Shown here piece after piece: positions 1 to 9,851 of a stretch of 63,934 nucleotides of DNA. A program made the position numbers and the translations under genes. Each line of letters begins with the position of its first letter. The first letter of the stretch is position 1. Source of the stretch: Elusimicrobia bacterium UBA5214 (GTDB lineage: Bacteria > Elusimicrobiota > UBA5214); contig DHVG01000002.1 in NCBI GenBank assembly GCA_002412545.1, positions 52,662 to 116,595 on the forward strand, in the 5' to 3' direction. The notes beneath the pieces are model-generated. The model saw nothing but the letters and a program-made list of their open reading frames with translations, was not told the origin of the DNA and ran no database searches.

Positions 1-176
1 GTAATAATGTTACAATAGACTGGACTTTAAGAGAGAGTGTTCAGGCAAGGCTCAGGGTTATGGTTAAGAGGATTTTAAGAAAATATGGCTATCCTCCAGA
101 CAAGCAGAAAAAAGCCACCGAGACGGTTTTGGAACAAGCAACATTAATTTGCAAGGACTGGGCTGAAGCTAAGTAG
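1..176 (+). CDS. hsdR: Type I restriction enzyme R subunit, C-terminal end (partial)
   Basis: Frame from nt 3 reads [57 protein letters not shown], the typical HsdR C-terminus (DUF3387-type); TAG at 174-176. Confidence 0.85.
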   Translation, partial: NNVTIDWTLRESVQARLRVMVKRILRKYGYPPDKQKKATETVLEQATLICKDWAEAK

Positions 177-225
177 CACATTAACTCCCTTTCTCCAGAC
201 ATATTTTGAAAGCACAATCATATAC

Positions 226-3200
226 TTGACAAATGGAGTGCAGTACAATTTGACTTGGAACGATAAAATAGCAAAATTAGTCGAGCTATTTTTCTCTTTT
301 AGTGTTAAGGATATTTCTACATCGCTTTTGTGTTCTTATTTATGGCTGCCTAATATAGCGAGTCCAATCAAACATTTATTTCTATATTCCATATTAGCCT
401 CTTTAGAACCTACTAAATTTCAAAAAGAAGACAAAATTAGACAATATGAAGATTTTGTTACTTTTTTGAAAAATATTTATTCTCTTGTTCCTTCGTTCTA
501 TTTATTAGAGGATTACATCCCAGAAATAGATTGGGGCGAAGTTAAATTTCATTATAAGAACCACAATTATAAAATATTTTATGGGAGTGAACTTGGAAAT
601 GTTTACGATTATCTTACTTTATTTCAGATTATCTATACACCTTGGGATGAAGAATATTTCCAACAAACGAACAGGTCCGCATCCAAGGAATTAGAATTTT
701 GTTTGAAATTACAAGATTATTTTATTTCTGAAATAAAACAAAATGTTGATAAGAAAAGGTTGGAAACTGTAGAACCCGGGAGTATAGAAATTCCAGAAAA
801 AGAGTTTTGGGAGTCTATAAGTCTTTTCATAAGCATCTTTGACCCACTTAAAATTATGGAAAATGGGAACCCCATTGAGATGTATTCAATCAACATAGGT
901 GAATACAACTTTCTTGAAAAAAATGAACAAAGTTTTAATAAAATGTGTCTTAAAGGAACATTGCTCCCATATTACTTTTTAAAGGTTAGTGATAAATATT
1001 ACCCCCTAATGCCTCGTCGATTTTCTATGACATTAATTGATAAGTGGGCGGTATTGCTTTACGCTATTAAGGATAAAATATCAAAAGGCAAATTTTCTTA
1101 TTCTTTGGGATATGGGGGAGCTTTACACAAATATATAAAGGGAAGATGTAAGACTAGATATATATTTCCATTAGTCAGTGCTGTTGATAAAGAAAATCGG
1201 GCACATAGTCTCATATACAATACATCCTTAATTGTAAAAAACAAATTACTGCTCATTTACCTACTTGAACCCACATCTGATTTTTCTGAAGAATTGCAAA
1301 AGGTTAAAAAAGAAGTTAAAGAATCCTTAGAACTATTAGAAAATCAGCCAACTACATTAGCACTCCATTTAGAAAGAAAAAATATTTCTTTTACGCCTCA
1401 TTCCAGTAAAGAGCAGTTAGAACCTTATCCAATTATTCTAATCCCTAATATTTTCACTGAACTCAGCAAGATAGAAATTCCAGTTGATATGCCTGGGAAA
1501 GTTCTCCCCCTTGATAACTTTTTGGCTCTCATTGATGAGGTAGAAGATATTCAAGAACTAATTGAATTTTTCAATTTTCTTGATAGCGAGGAGCGTATAA
1601 AGTCTCCTTTTACCATCATTCTTGATAAGTTTGGCGCTTATAAAGATTCTGCAGGAGTTTTAGTACCCGGGGCTCGTGAACCAAATCTTATCGGATTAGA
1701 TCCTCACTGGGGGTCACATTTTAGATACAAGAGTTTAAAAGCATTTTGGGAAATATATCCACCAGTTGATTTTTTTGATCACCCAAGAACTTGGAAAGTG
1801 AGTCGTGAGACACCAACAAGAATTCGGTTTGAAGCAAGAGGGTTTTTGGGTGCTGCAATATACACGGCCATAAATGACAGTAATCTTTTTTGCAATGCAC
1901 CATTTCATGCGATGAATTTTGATCAAGCACAATTGTCTAATCTTCTTATGGAATGCCTAGAGGATTCAATCTCTGCAGTCAAGGATATAATAAAAAACTT
2001 AGCGGTATTCTCACAGTATAGACAATTTCAGGTTTCGTTTTTTCCTGATTCTTTAGTTCAATCAAATGACGATTTTAAACATTTAAGACATTTAAATTGT
2101 AAAGGTAAATTATGGATGAGTGATACTGGTTTTGTTCAGGAAGGTATTCCAGGATTAAGAATAGTCTTTAATTATGACCAAGTTCAAAAAAGTCTTCTCA
2201 ATGCTAAAGATAATTCTACGGAAATTAAATTGTTAATAGAGTTTTTGGAAAAAATTAATGCCGTCTGTTATGACCACAATATTAGAAATATTAAGAAATT
2301 GATTATTAGAAGAATACATGGCAAAAAACCACGTTTCAAAATTTTCATGTTTGACAAAGAAGTTGAATTTCCTGATTTGGCTAGTTTTGTTTCTCCCGAA
2401 CCTAAACATTTCAAATTAGCACGGAAATCCATCGCTCAGATTGCCAAGAATTCTAATATTAATTCTGGTGAATATGTCATGCCGCAAGCTAAAGATATTA
2501 TAGATAAAGTCAAGAAGGAGGTAATAAGTGAACTAAATAAAAAAGTTAGAAATTTTGATTTTAGGTCGTCTATTCCTTTTCTAATTGGAAATACAGATGG
2601 CGTATTGCACTTATTTGAACGCGAAAAAATGTTGGCTAGACAATCGGATTCTATAGAAGTTGATTATGAACGAGACAAGAAATACTCGGAAACGTATAGG
2701 AAATTTATTTCTAATCACAAGAATTACCGTTATCTTATTGAGAAATTTGTTCAGTTGAAACCCTCCGGAAAAGAAAAATTAACAGAAGATATTTTGCAGT
2801 ATCTTTTGGCACTCATTGACCAATTGCATTTAATATATGAAGCGAGTGATTTTTTACATTACGGGATACAACCAATTGGACTCGTTATTTCAGATGATTA
2901 TATATTCCAAGTTAAATATGAGCAAGGATTTGATGAGAAACAAAAGGCTTTTGCTCAGGAACAGGCGAAATATGATTTGGGGGTAATCGGTGAAAGAAAC
3001 GATCGTGTCTTTTCTCCGAGAGATGTAAAAGTGTTTATAGAAGAATTGAATGAAGCTTTTTATTCAGAGCTTAGTTTTTCTTTGCAAAACATGGTTTTGG
3101 TTTGTGAGATATTGTCTAATTGGCCATTTCATAACAAGACTCAAATTAACACTTATTACACAAGTAAGCTGGAAGAAATTGTTTTAGTTTGTGAGAAAAA

Positions 3201-3996
3201 TATCCCATCTCTTAAAAAGAATGAAATAATAGGAATAATCGGTTTTTTAACATTAAAGCAAGAAAACATGCTTAAAATAGACGGTCAAGAAAATCCTTGT
3301 GAAGACCTTCCTGTTTGGGAAATTTCAAAAAGGTTACACCGTTATAACTTGAAACCGTTAATATTAATTGATGATTTCTATTATTGGGGTCCCTATTCAA
3401 CGCAAAGGGTAGGAAAGATATGGGTTGGAAGAATTTTGTCTGGTTCTCTGCCAGTTTTAATAGATAAGAAAAAAATTGGTCAAGTCCTCGAAGAGGAGAA
3501 AAAATTGATAGAAAAGACCCTCGAAACAAGGACATATGAAATTTCAAAAAGATTTACAGTGTATGTTGAAAAAAACGTAGAACTATACAAAAGGGATAAA
3601 GGTGGTAGGCATCCCGTAGATTTGGGCGATTATGATGTTTTGGCTTTTCTGGAAACGAAAAATGTTATTTTGAATATTGAGTGTAAAGACATATTGCAGG
3701 TATCTTGTTTGAAAGATGTAAAGAGATTAAGGGAAAAAATATTTGGTGAAGAAAGTGATAGAGGGCATATAGGCCGAATTGAAGTACGAACTAAGTATTT
3801 GATAAAGAATATAACAAGAATAATGATGGTTTTGCAATGGCCTTTTGATAGAAGTAACATACCTAATATTGTTTCAATATATGTTTCTAGACATTTATAT
3901 TGGTGGACAGTAAATCCACCATATGAAACTGACATTAAATTTATAAGAATAGATTCTCTGGATGATTTTTTATCAAACCTGTCAAACAACTCATGA
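226..3996 (+). CDS. Large protein with C-terminal PD-(D/E)XK/NERD-like nuclease domain; candidate defence protein
   Basis: 1256-aa ORF; GDYDVLAF...NIECK motif near the C-terminus; directly follows hsdR. Confidence 0.55.
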   Translation: MTNGVQYNLTWNDKIAKLVELFFSFSVKDISTSLLCSYLWLPNIASPIKHLFLYSILASLEPTKFQKEDKIRQYEDFVTFLKNIYSLVPSFYLLEDYIPEIDWGEVKFHYKNHNYKIFYGSELGNVYDYLTLFQIIYTPWDEEYFQQTNRSASKELEFCLKLQDYFISEIKQNVDKKRLETVEPGSIEIPEKEFWESISLFISIFDPLKIMENGNPIEMYSINIGEYNFLEKNEQSFNKMCLKGTLLPYYFLKVSDKYYPLMPRRFSMTLIDKWAVLLYAIKDKISKGKFSYSLGYGGALHKYIKGRCKTRYIFPLVSAVDKENRAHSLIYNTSLIVKNKLLLIYLLEPTSDFSEELQKVKKEVKESLELLENQPTTLALHLERKNISFTPHSSKEQLEPYPIILIPNIFTELSKIEIPVDMPGKVLPLDNFLALIDEVEDIQELIEFFNFLDSEERIKSPFTIILDKFGAYKDSAGVLVPGAREPNLIGLDPHWGSHFRYKSLKAFWEIYPPVDFFDHPRTWKVSRETPTRIRFEARGFLGAAIYTAINDSNLFCNAPFHAMNFDQAQLSNLLMECLEDSISAVKDIIKNLAVFSQYRQFQVSFFPDSLVQSNDDFKHLRHLNCKGKLWMSDTGFVQEGIPGLRIVFNYDQVQKSLLNAKDNSTEIKLLIEFLEKINAVCYDHNIRNIKKLIIRRIHGKKPRFKIFMFDKEVEFPDLASFVSPEPKHFKLARKSIAQIAKNSNINSGEYVMPQAKDIIDKVKKEVISELNKKVRNFDFRSSIPFLIGNTDGVLHLFEREKMLARQSDSIEVDYERDKKYSETYRKFISNHKNYRYLIEKFVQLKPSGKEKLTEDILQYLLALIDQLHLIYEASDFLHYGIQPIGLVISDDYIFQVKYEQGFDEKQKAFAQEQAKYDLGVIGERNDRVFSPRDVKVFIEELNEAFYSELSFSLQNMVLVCEILSNWPFHNKTQINTYYTSKLEEIVLVCEKNIPSLKKNEIIGIIGFLTLKQENMLKIDGQENPCEDLPVWEISKRLHRYNLKPLILIDDFYYWGPYSTQRVGKIWVGRILSGSLPVLIDKKKIGQVLEEEKKLIEKTLETRTYEISKRFTVYVEKNVELYKRDKGGRHPVDLGDYDVLAFLETKNVILNIECKDILQVSCLKDVKRLREKIFGEESDRGHIGRIEVRTKYLIKNITRIMMVLQWPFDRSNIPNIVSIYVSRHLYWWTVNPPYETDIKFIRIDSLDDFLSNLSNNS

Positions 3997-4016
3997 TAGT
4001 TTCTTTATTATCTTTA

Positions 4017-6026
4017 CTACGCGAACCAAGCATGCACCGATGATAGGATTATTTTTGCTTTTCCATCTGCGACAGAATTTCTTTTTCTTAAATCTCTTTC
4101 TATTCTTTCTTTTACGTGGCTAGTTACAGCTACAATCACTATCTCATCAATACCCGCCTTCAGGCATTTTTCTATATTTCTGATAACATCCGATTTTCCA
4201 GTTTCTACTTCTACAGCAATTTTCTTATCTCCATTTATCACTAACACATCAACATTTCCATTTACCGGTTCTTCAATGTGCACTTCATAGCCTTTTTTTC
4301 TGTAGTAGTTAGCAATTTTGTGTTTCCAAAATCTATGCTCAATACCGTTTGTGTCGCGAGGAACTTTGAAGCCCATTTCTTCGAGAATTGATTTTGCTTT
4401 CTCGGTCAATTCAAGCAAAATAATCCTTCCGTTTGACAATGTTATTTCTTTTTCTTCTATGAAGCCTTCCACAAAAAGGTCATTTTTTATTTTATTACCT
4501 TTTCTTCTATTCACACTCACTCTTTCATATCTTTCCACCACGCCGCTGAATGGATATTTTAGTATATCTATTAATAAGGATGTTTCATCTTCATTTATAT
4601 CCGTTTTTGGAATATGTGGAACGTCTTGAATTAAGCCCTGATTCTGCAAAATTTCGGCGAAATAACTTGCCATCTTTTCTTTCACTTGTTCGTCACTAAC
4701 AAGTCCTTTTGAGATTTCAAATTCAGGAATTTTTATCAAAAAAGGTGTATGAATTCTTCCCTGAAGCTTAACAATTGCTTCTCCAATCTCAAGAGTTCCG
4801 AGAAATTGTTTATCTTCGTCGTCAAGAAGCATGCAATTTGCAGCAACGTTAACGTCTTTCCTATGTTTTAAATTCATACAGATTGTACAGTATGTGTTTC
4901 CAAGAGCAGGAAGTGAAATCTGTGAAGGATGCTGGTCAATAATTATCATTGACTCGCCAAATTCTCTTATTTCTCTAAAAGTTGTTTCCATAACCATTTC
5001 GCCGCCAATTAAACTTGCCTTTTCACCCGAAAGAATGTGATGTGCCTCTTCAATAATTATTGCATGCTTGAACTCTTCTCTAACGTTTTCAGCAAGTCGG
5101 AAATGATGAATCCATAAAATTAGTGCCTCAATGAAAAAAATTTTGTCGCTATGAGTTAAAGCATCCAATTCTAAGATAACTTTTTTCTCAAGCAATTCGT
5201 CAATACCCTGATTTCTTCTTGCGTTCAGAGCATAACCAACCTGACCAAAACAAAGTGTTTGAATTGCTCTCAGCGTTGAACTTAACCAATTCACTTCTCT
5301 TGCCGTTGCCTTGTAATTCTTTAACCACCTTAACACATCACGGAAAGTAGGATAATCGCTTGCGTTTTCTGAATAAACACCATATTTTTCATAAACGGCA
5401 TTTATTGCTTTCTGCAGAAGATACATGACGCCGTTTCCTAAATAATAGGCATGAGCAATAATTTCAATTAATTTCTTGAGCCACGTTCGAGAATCAGTTC
5501 CCTTGGGAGGAATTAGAGGGTTGAATCTCAAAGGCAAGACTTTTCTGCCCAATGTAAAAATCAGAATGTCCTCAAAACCCGGGACTATTGTCAAATCACG
5601 ATAATTTCTTTTCCAATCAAACAGGATGAATGGCTTACTTTTCTTTACCAGTTCCCGGACAACATGAAAACCGAGGTTTGTTTTTCCTGCTCCGCTTCTT
5701 CCAAAAATTCCAACGTGCTGGATCCATTCATCCTCACGCAAACCGAAAGGATAAATTTCGTCATCGTTGTAAACTACGTTGCCTATGAAATAATCACCGG
5801 TTACTTTTTCCTTTTTTGGAGGATAAAGCAGCATGGTTTCTTTCTCAAGGTCATTGCCTATAACCTTCATCGCAAGGAGTTTCAGATACTCTTCAATCTC
5901 TTCTTTTCCTTTCTCATCCTCAAGCGAATAGGTCTGCCAGATTTTGTCTATTCTTGAACCTAGTATCGGCTTTAGTTTTCTGCATAATTGCTTTATCCTC
6001 TCTGTTTTGAAATCAGCATTGACCAT
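4017..6026 (-). CDS. HerA/VirD4-like P-loop ATPase fused to wHTH and PD-(D/E)XK domain
   Basis: Walker A GRSGAGKT, Walker B IIIEEAH, REIREFG; C-terminal GIEHRFWK and VDVLVINGDKKIAVEVETG. Confidence 0.8.
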   Translation of the reverse strand: MVNADFKTERIKQLCRKLKPILGSRIDKIWQTYSLEDEKGKEEIEEYLKLLAMKVIGNDLEKETMLLYPPKKEKVTGDYFIGNVVYNDDEIYPFGLREDEWIQHVGIFGRSGAGKTNLGFHVVRELVKKSKPFILFDWKRNYRDLTIVPGFEDILIFTLGRKVLPLRFNPLIPPKGTDSRTWLKKLIEIIAHAYYLGNGVMYLLQKAINAVYEKYGVYSENASDYPTFRDVLRWLKNYKATAREVNWLSSTLRAIQTLCFGQVGYALNARRNQGIDELLEKKVILELDALTHSDKIFFIEALILWIHHFRLAENVREEFKHAIIIEEAHHILSGEKASLIGGEMVMETTFREIREFGESMIIIDQHPSQISLPALGNTYCTICMNLKHRKDVNVAANCMLLDDEDKQFLGTLEIGEAIVKLQGRIHTPFLIKIPEFEISKGLVSDEQVKEKMASYFAEILQNQGLIQDVPHIPKTDINEDETSLLIDILKYPFSGVVERYERVSVNRRKGNKIKNDLFVEGFIEEKEITLSNGRIILLELTEKAKSILEEMGFKVPRDTNGIEHRFWKHKIANYYRKKGYEVHIEEPVNGNVDVLVINGDKKIAVEVETGKSDVIRNIEKCLKAGIDEIVIVAVTSHVKERIERDLRKRNSVADGKAKIILSSVHAWFA

Positions 6027-6027
6027 T

Positions 6028-6567
6028 TTAATATTCGCTCAGGAAAAGGTTTGCCCTTCTCACGCTTCCTTTGTATTCTTCAAGCATCTTCAGCAGCTCC
6101 TGCCTTAATGGCAAGGTGTCTCGCCAGCAACTTATCTGCTCTGTCCTTCTTTGTTTTTCCAAATCAGCAATAACCCTTTCAAGCGAGCCTCTTGCTTGCA
6201 TGGCCCCGGTAATAGTTGCCTTGTAATGGTTTGAATGGCTGTCAACAAGCCTTCTTTCAATTTCTGAAAGGTTCTTGTGTTTTATCTTTTCTCTTTCCTT
6301 AATCAAGAGCAAAAGTTGAATCAGAGATGCTTTTTTCAAAGTAACTTTTTCTGTAAGCACTTGGGAAGAAAGGTCCTGCTGTTTTGAATAAAGAAGCTGT
6401 CCGATAAGTTCAGATTCTGACAAAGATTTTTGCTTGTAGCCAACTGGTTTATCAAGGTAGTACACCTTTCCTTTTGAATCAAAATCTTTAAGAAAGGAAT
6501 AAGTGGAGGTATGGTTTCCTTGGTAGGAAGACCGTTTCCCATACGCTGGATAAATAATTCCGTACAT
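6028..6567 (-). CDS. Hypothetical coiled-coil protein, likely co-transcribed with the ATPase
   Basis: Part of ORF 6028..6726; ATG at 6567 follows AGAGG; stop is 1 nt before the ATPase start. Confidence 0.6.
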   Translation of the reverse strand: MYGIIYPAYGKRSSYQGNHTSTYSFLKDFDSKGKVYYLDKPVGYKQKSLSESELIGQLLYSKQQDLSSQVLTEKVTLKKASLIQLLLLIKEREKIKHKNLSEIERRLVDSHSNHYKATITGAMQARGSLERVIADLEKQRRTEQISCWRDTLPLRQELLKMLEEYKGSVRRANLFLSEY

Positions 6568-6916
6568 TTTTCCTCTGTAATGATTTTGTAGTGGTAATGG
6601 CAATGAAGCAGGGATTAAAAAGCTTATACCGAAACAAGTGATAGTCCCATGTCCTTGAGCCTGTTCAGGTTTTATTCTGGTAGGAAGTGGCAGAGGGATC
6701 CGGCCAAGGACGGAAAGAGCCTTCATCGGCTGATATAAAATATGGCAAAAGATGGCAAAGTCAATTTATGGGTTTTCCATTTCCATTTCTTGGGCTCATT
6801 ATCCCCTCCTTCTCGTCTGGAAATGGTATTTATATGATATTTCTATTAACCATTCATATTTTGGTCTATTCATGGCCGTATTGGTACTTTTTTATGGTTA
6901 TTTAACCTTTGTTTGG

Positions 6917-6966
6917 GGCGCCCGAAGGGCGCCACGCGGTATCCCGCCGAAGCGAAGCGAAGGCGG
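6917..6966 (+). other. GC-rich hairpin cluster (candidate oriT/origin)
   Basis: GGCGCCC-GAA-GGGCGCC (6917-6933) and CCGCC-gaagcgaagcgaa-GGCGG (6944-6966) within AT-rich intergenic DNA. Confidence 0.4.
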
Positions 6967-7119
6967 TAATATTTTTATTTTTAATTGATTTTTGTTTTTT
7001 AATGTATTTTTAATTTGTTTGTTTTGCGTTTGGATTTTTGCGTAGCATAATGCTTTGCCCTTGGTAAAATTGAAGCAAGATAGTCACGAGTGCATCTTTT
7101 TTAGATGCTTTTTGCTTGC

Positions 7120-7437
7120 TCAATTAGGAAGGCGAGAGTTCTGGTGGTAAACTCTTCCTTGTTCTTTGTAGACAATTTCGCCAAATGCTTGTTGCTTCTT
7201 GCGGACACGCCAGAGCAGTTCTTCTGCAACAAGCAGGCAGTTTTCAATCCATTCAAGCTCTTTTTGCTGAATGTTTTCAATGTCAGCGAAGTTGTAAAGC
7301 GCATATGTAATTCGCTTTGCTGATTTTTTCAATCTGCTGAATCTGTCATCAATTACAAGAACAGCATTGTTTTCTCTGTTAGCACTATTGTTTCTGTTAG
7401 CTCTGTTAACTTCTGTTAATTCTTTTTTCTCATTCAT
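7120..7437 (-). CDS. Small hypothetical protein
   Basis: ATG at 7437 follows SD-like AAAGGGGGT; the upstream in-frame extension is a conserved nucleotide leader. Confidence 0.55.
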   Translation of the reverse strand: MNEKKELTEVNRANRNNSANRENNAVLVIDDRFSRLKKSAKRITYALYNFADIENIQQKELEWIENCLLVAEELLWRVRKKQQAFGEIVYKEQGRVYHQNSRLPN

Positions 7438-7442
7438 TTTCT

Positions 7443-7624
7443 CTTTACCCCCTTTCATTTGCATCATTCCGTCGTGGTAATATTTATTTTTCATGTTTGA
7501 GTTCAAGGGGTGAAATATTTACGCTTTTAGCGAAGCGACCCGAAGGGGAAAAGCCTAAATAGATTCACCCTTTTTGTTTTTGGAAAAAGACCACGACGAA
7601 AATTTTTTTCAACAGGGGGTAAAG
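7443..7624 (+). promoter_or_regulatory. Long branched stem-loop upstream of a minus-strand gene (Frpo/ssi-like candidate)
   Basis: Nested inverted pairs 7443-7453/7614-7624, 7470-7478/7590-7598, 7505-7514/7564-7573; apex GCGAAGC and CCCGAAGGG mini-hairpins. Confidence 0.55.
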
Positions 7625-7740
7625 TTAATTCTGTTAGTTCTTCTAACTCTGTTAATTCTGTTAGTTCTGCTAATTCTTTTCACTCTGGCAATTTTGGGAA
7701 TTATGTTAATTCTTTTTCTTGTTCTGGCAAATCTGTTAGT
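7625..7740. repeat. Degenerate 9-nt tandem repeat (TCTGTTA[A/G][T/C])
   Basis: ttaattctgttagttcttctaactctgttaattctgttagttctgctaattc; the same unit occurs at ~7393-7420. Confidence 0.65.
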
Positions 7741-7787
7741 CCATTTTGTTGTTGGATTTTTTGTAACCACACAATGATGGTTACAAA

Positions 7788-7806
7788 CCGAAAGATTTAA
7801 ATACCC
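7788..7806 (+). promoter_or_regulatory. Archaeal-type BRE-TATA promoter motif
   Basis: CCGAAAGA-TTTAAATA-CCC; ATG of 7825 lies 21 nt after the TATA octamer, with no SD. Confidence 0.6.
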
Positions 7807-7824
7807 TTGTTTCCTAAATAAATT

Positions 7825-8403
7825 ATGAGAAAAGCCATGAAAAACGAAAAATTGGAAGATGTTGTGAGAAGAACCGAAACACTCGTCGGTAGAGAGAAGT
7901 CTTTTGACATGGTTAAAGTTTTCTTCGGTGCGCAGCCTGGAGACTCAATAATTTGTAACGCAGAAAACAAAGAAGAATTGACTAGCTTGCTAAAAAAAAT
8001 TGCTTCGGAAAATGGGAATTTTGGTTTTGAATACAAAGGATTTGACTATGAATTATGGAAAAGACAGGGGCTCGGTGTTTATGTGTTTTACAATCAAGAA
8101 GCTGTAAAAGAAGCTGAAAAGAAAAATAGTTTGAAAGGTCTCCTTAGCACATACCTCAGGGAGTATATGAAAATTCAGGACGATAAATTCGACAAGAAAA
8201 CGAGGGATAGAATCCTGGGAATTTTTTATGGTTTTCCTAGTTGCTGCATAAAGAAATGTCCTGAAGAGTTGAGACACACTCCTCCTGAAGACGATGGCTT
8301 AAATAAATATACAGAGCACGACTGGTGTTCGAAAGATTGCAAAAAAAGCAAACAACTGAATGATAAATATGAAAATATCTATAAACAGTTTTATAGGAAC
8401 TAA
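7825..8403 (+). CDS. Hypothetical protein with GFPSCCI motif (DUF483-like)
   Basis: 192 aa; LGIFYGFPSCCIKK and HDWCSKDCKKS resemble the G[YF]PxCC family; assignment tentative. Confidence 0.5.
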   Translation: MRKAMKNEKLEDVVRRTETLVGREKSFDMVKVFFGAQPGDSIICNAENKEELTSLLKKIASENGNFGFEYKGFDYELWKRQGLGVYVFYNQEAVKEAEKKNSLKGLLSTYLREYMKIQDDKFDKKTRDRILGIFYGFPSCCIKKCPEELRHTPPEDDGLNKYTEHDWCSKDCKKSKQLNDKYENIYKQFYRN

Positions 8404-8945
8404 CCTTTCACCCCACCACATCCGGTACAGATATACCATGTTTCTATTTGATATCCGTCCTTGGTCTTTGCAATTTTGAATTTTGGGAGGTGCGGCACAT
8501 GAGCTCCGATTGTTTGGCACCAACCATCATAGGGCCTGAGTGCACCTGCAATCACGGTAGCTTCCTCGTAGCTTCCGACGATTTGTATGTCTTTCTTCTC
8601 CATTGGAATAGACCTCCTTACTTCCTCTGATGATGTGGCAGAAAGACTGTATATTCTTCTGCTAACTCTTTCTTGTGTTTCTTTTGGCCATGATGCCAAC
8701 TTTCGTTGTACAAAAGACAAAACAGTTTGTTTTGAACAATCTCTGCATGCAACACCAAGTGCAAGCGATGACAAGCCAGAAAGTGTACATTGACACCTGA
8801 GAAAAGAAGTTGTCCACTTCACAGTGCAATTCTGCAAGTCCGCTATGTCGTGTGAGACTATTCCTTCATTTTTCAATATTTCAATTATTTCCTTCATTTC
8901 CCATTCTGTCAGAAGCCTGCAATTTTGGTCTACTGCCACTTTCAA
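8400..8945 (-). CDS. Cys-rich hypothetical protein
   Basis: 181 aa with CQC, CRDC, CTGC; TTG start after GAGGA; has its own sigma70-like promoter. Confidence 0.55.
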   Translation of the reverse strand: MKVAVDQNCRLLTEWEMKEIIEILKNEGIVSHDIADLQNCTVKWTTSFLRCQCTLSGLSSLALGVACRDCSKQTVLSFVQRKLASWPKETQERVSRRIYSLSATSSEEVRRSIPMEKKDIQIVGSYEEATVIAGALRPYDGWCQTIGAHVPHLPKFKIAKTKDGYQIETWYICTGCGGVKG

Positions 8946-8978
8946 TTTCCTCTTTGCAACTTCGCAATCTAGTTTTAT

Positions 8979-9007
8979 AGTTTAGAAAAAATTTATTGTC
9001 ATGTCAA
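8979..9007 (-). promoter_or_regulatory. sigma70-type promoter
   Basis: Minus strand TTGACA-N17-TAAACT upstream of 8945. Confidence 0.55.
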
Positions 9008-9317
9008 AATTTCTTGTGAATTTTCAAATAGTAGAAATCCTTCTGTTCCAGATTCGCGGCTAAATCGTATAGGTTCAAATCGCATTAGTCAATGATTGCA
9101 GATTGTCGAAAAACAAGAATAAAAAATGGCAGACAGGACAACAATTCCTAACTCTGCCAGACAAAAAATCTGCGTTTATTCCTTCAACAGTTGCTGGAAT
9201 TCAATCTTCCACCCATGCTGCATCAAGATTCTTAATAATGTTAGTCGTGTCATGTTTCCGGATATTCTGTATCCAGATTCATTTAAAAGCACCACAAAGT
9301 AAACCGGCATGCTCATT

Positions 9318-9701
9318 TTAGTATTCGCTTTTCAAAACCAACACACTGTCACACTGATAAAACTCAAAGTCAGCAAGAGGGAAATCCGTGTAAGTGCCTT
9401 TTTGCTCATACAACAACTCGCTTTCATAAGGCTTGTCGCTCCAAGCAGTCACTTTGAAAGACTTGTCTTCATTGACTTCTATCCTCCAGACAATGAAGGC
9501 CTTGTTGTTTTTGATGTCCTGTTCACTCTGAACAGATTCAACAATGTCAATTAACCAATAACAACCTGCAGCTTCACACAAGGAAAACATTCCATCTGTC
9601 AAACACAGCAGGCCGAAATTCGTTCTGTGATATTCTTCTGTTCCTGTGAACTGCGAGAGAAATTCTCTCAGCCTTTCCTCACTCAAAATCTCAGTTTTCA
9701 T
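9318..9701 (-). CDS. DUF6876-like small protein
   Basis: LSQFTGTEEYHR...LTDG...AGCYWLIDIV...YTDFPL matches the family pattern from memory. Confidence 0.7.
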   Translation of the reverse strand: MKTEILSEERLREFLSQFTGTEEYHRTNFGLLCLTDGMFSLCEAAGCYWLIDIVESVQSEQDIKNNKAFIVWRIEVNEDKSFKVTAWSDKPYESELLYEQKGTYTDFPLADFEFYQCDSVLVLKSEY

Positions 9702-9851
9702 TTTTTTTCAACAACTCTTTGAGCTTCGAGTGATAAGCGCAGATCTCTTTTGGCTGGGTTGCACAAACACAACCAAAACCGGCAACTGGAAACTCTGATT
9801 CATCCTCCATCATTATGAGGATGTTTTTTTCAGGATTCCACTTATACCATG

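Noticed and set aside
7625-7740. Possible CRISPR array
   Set aside because: Units are 9 nt, contiguous, with no unique spacers; no cas genes seen in the window
7574-7777. 67-aa hydrophobic plus-strand ORF resembling a membrane peptide
   Set aside because: It is the translation of the 9-nt T-rich repeat and a hairpin arm; TTG start with no SD
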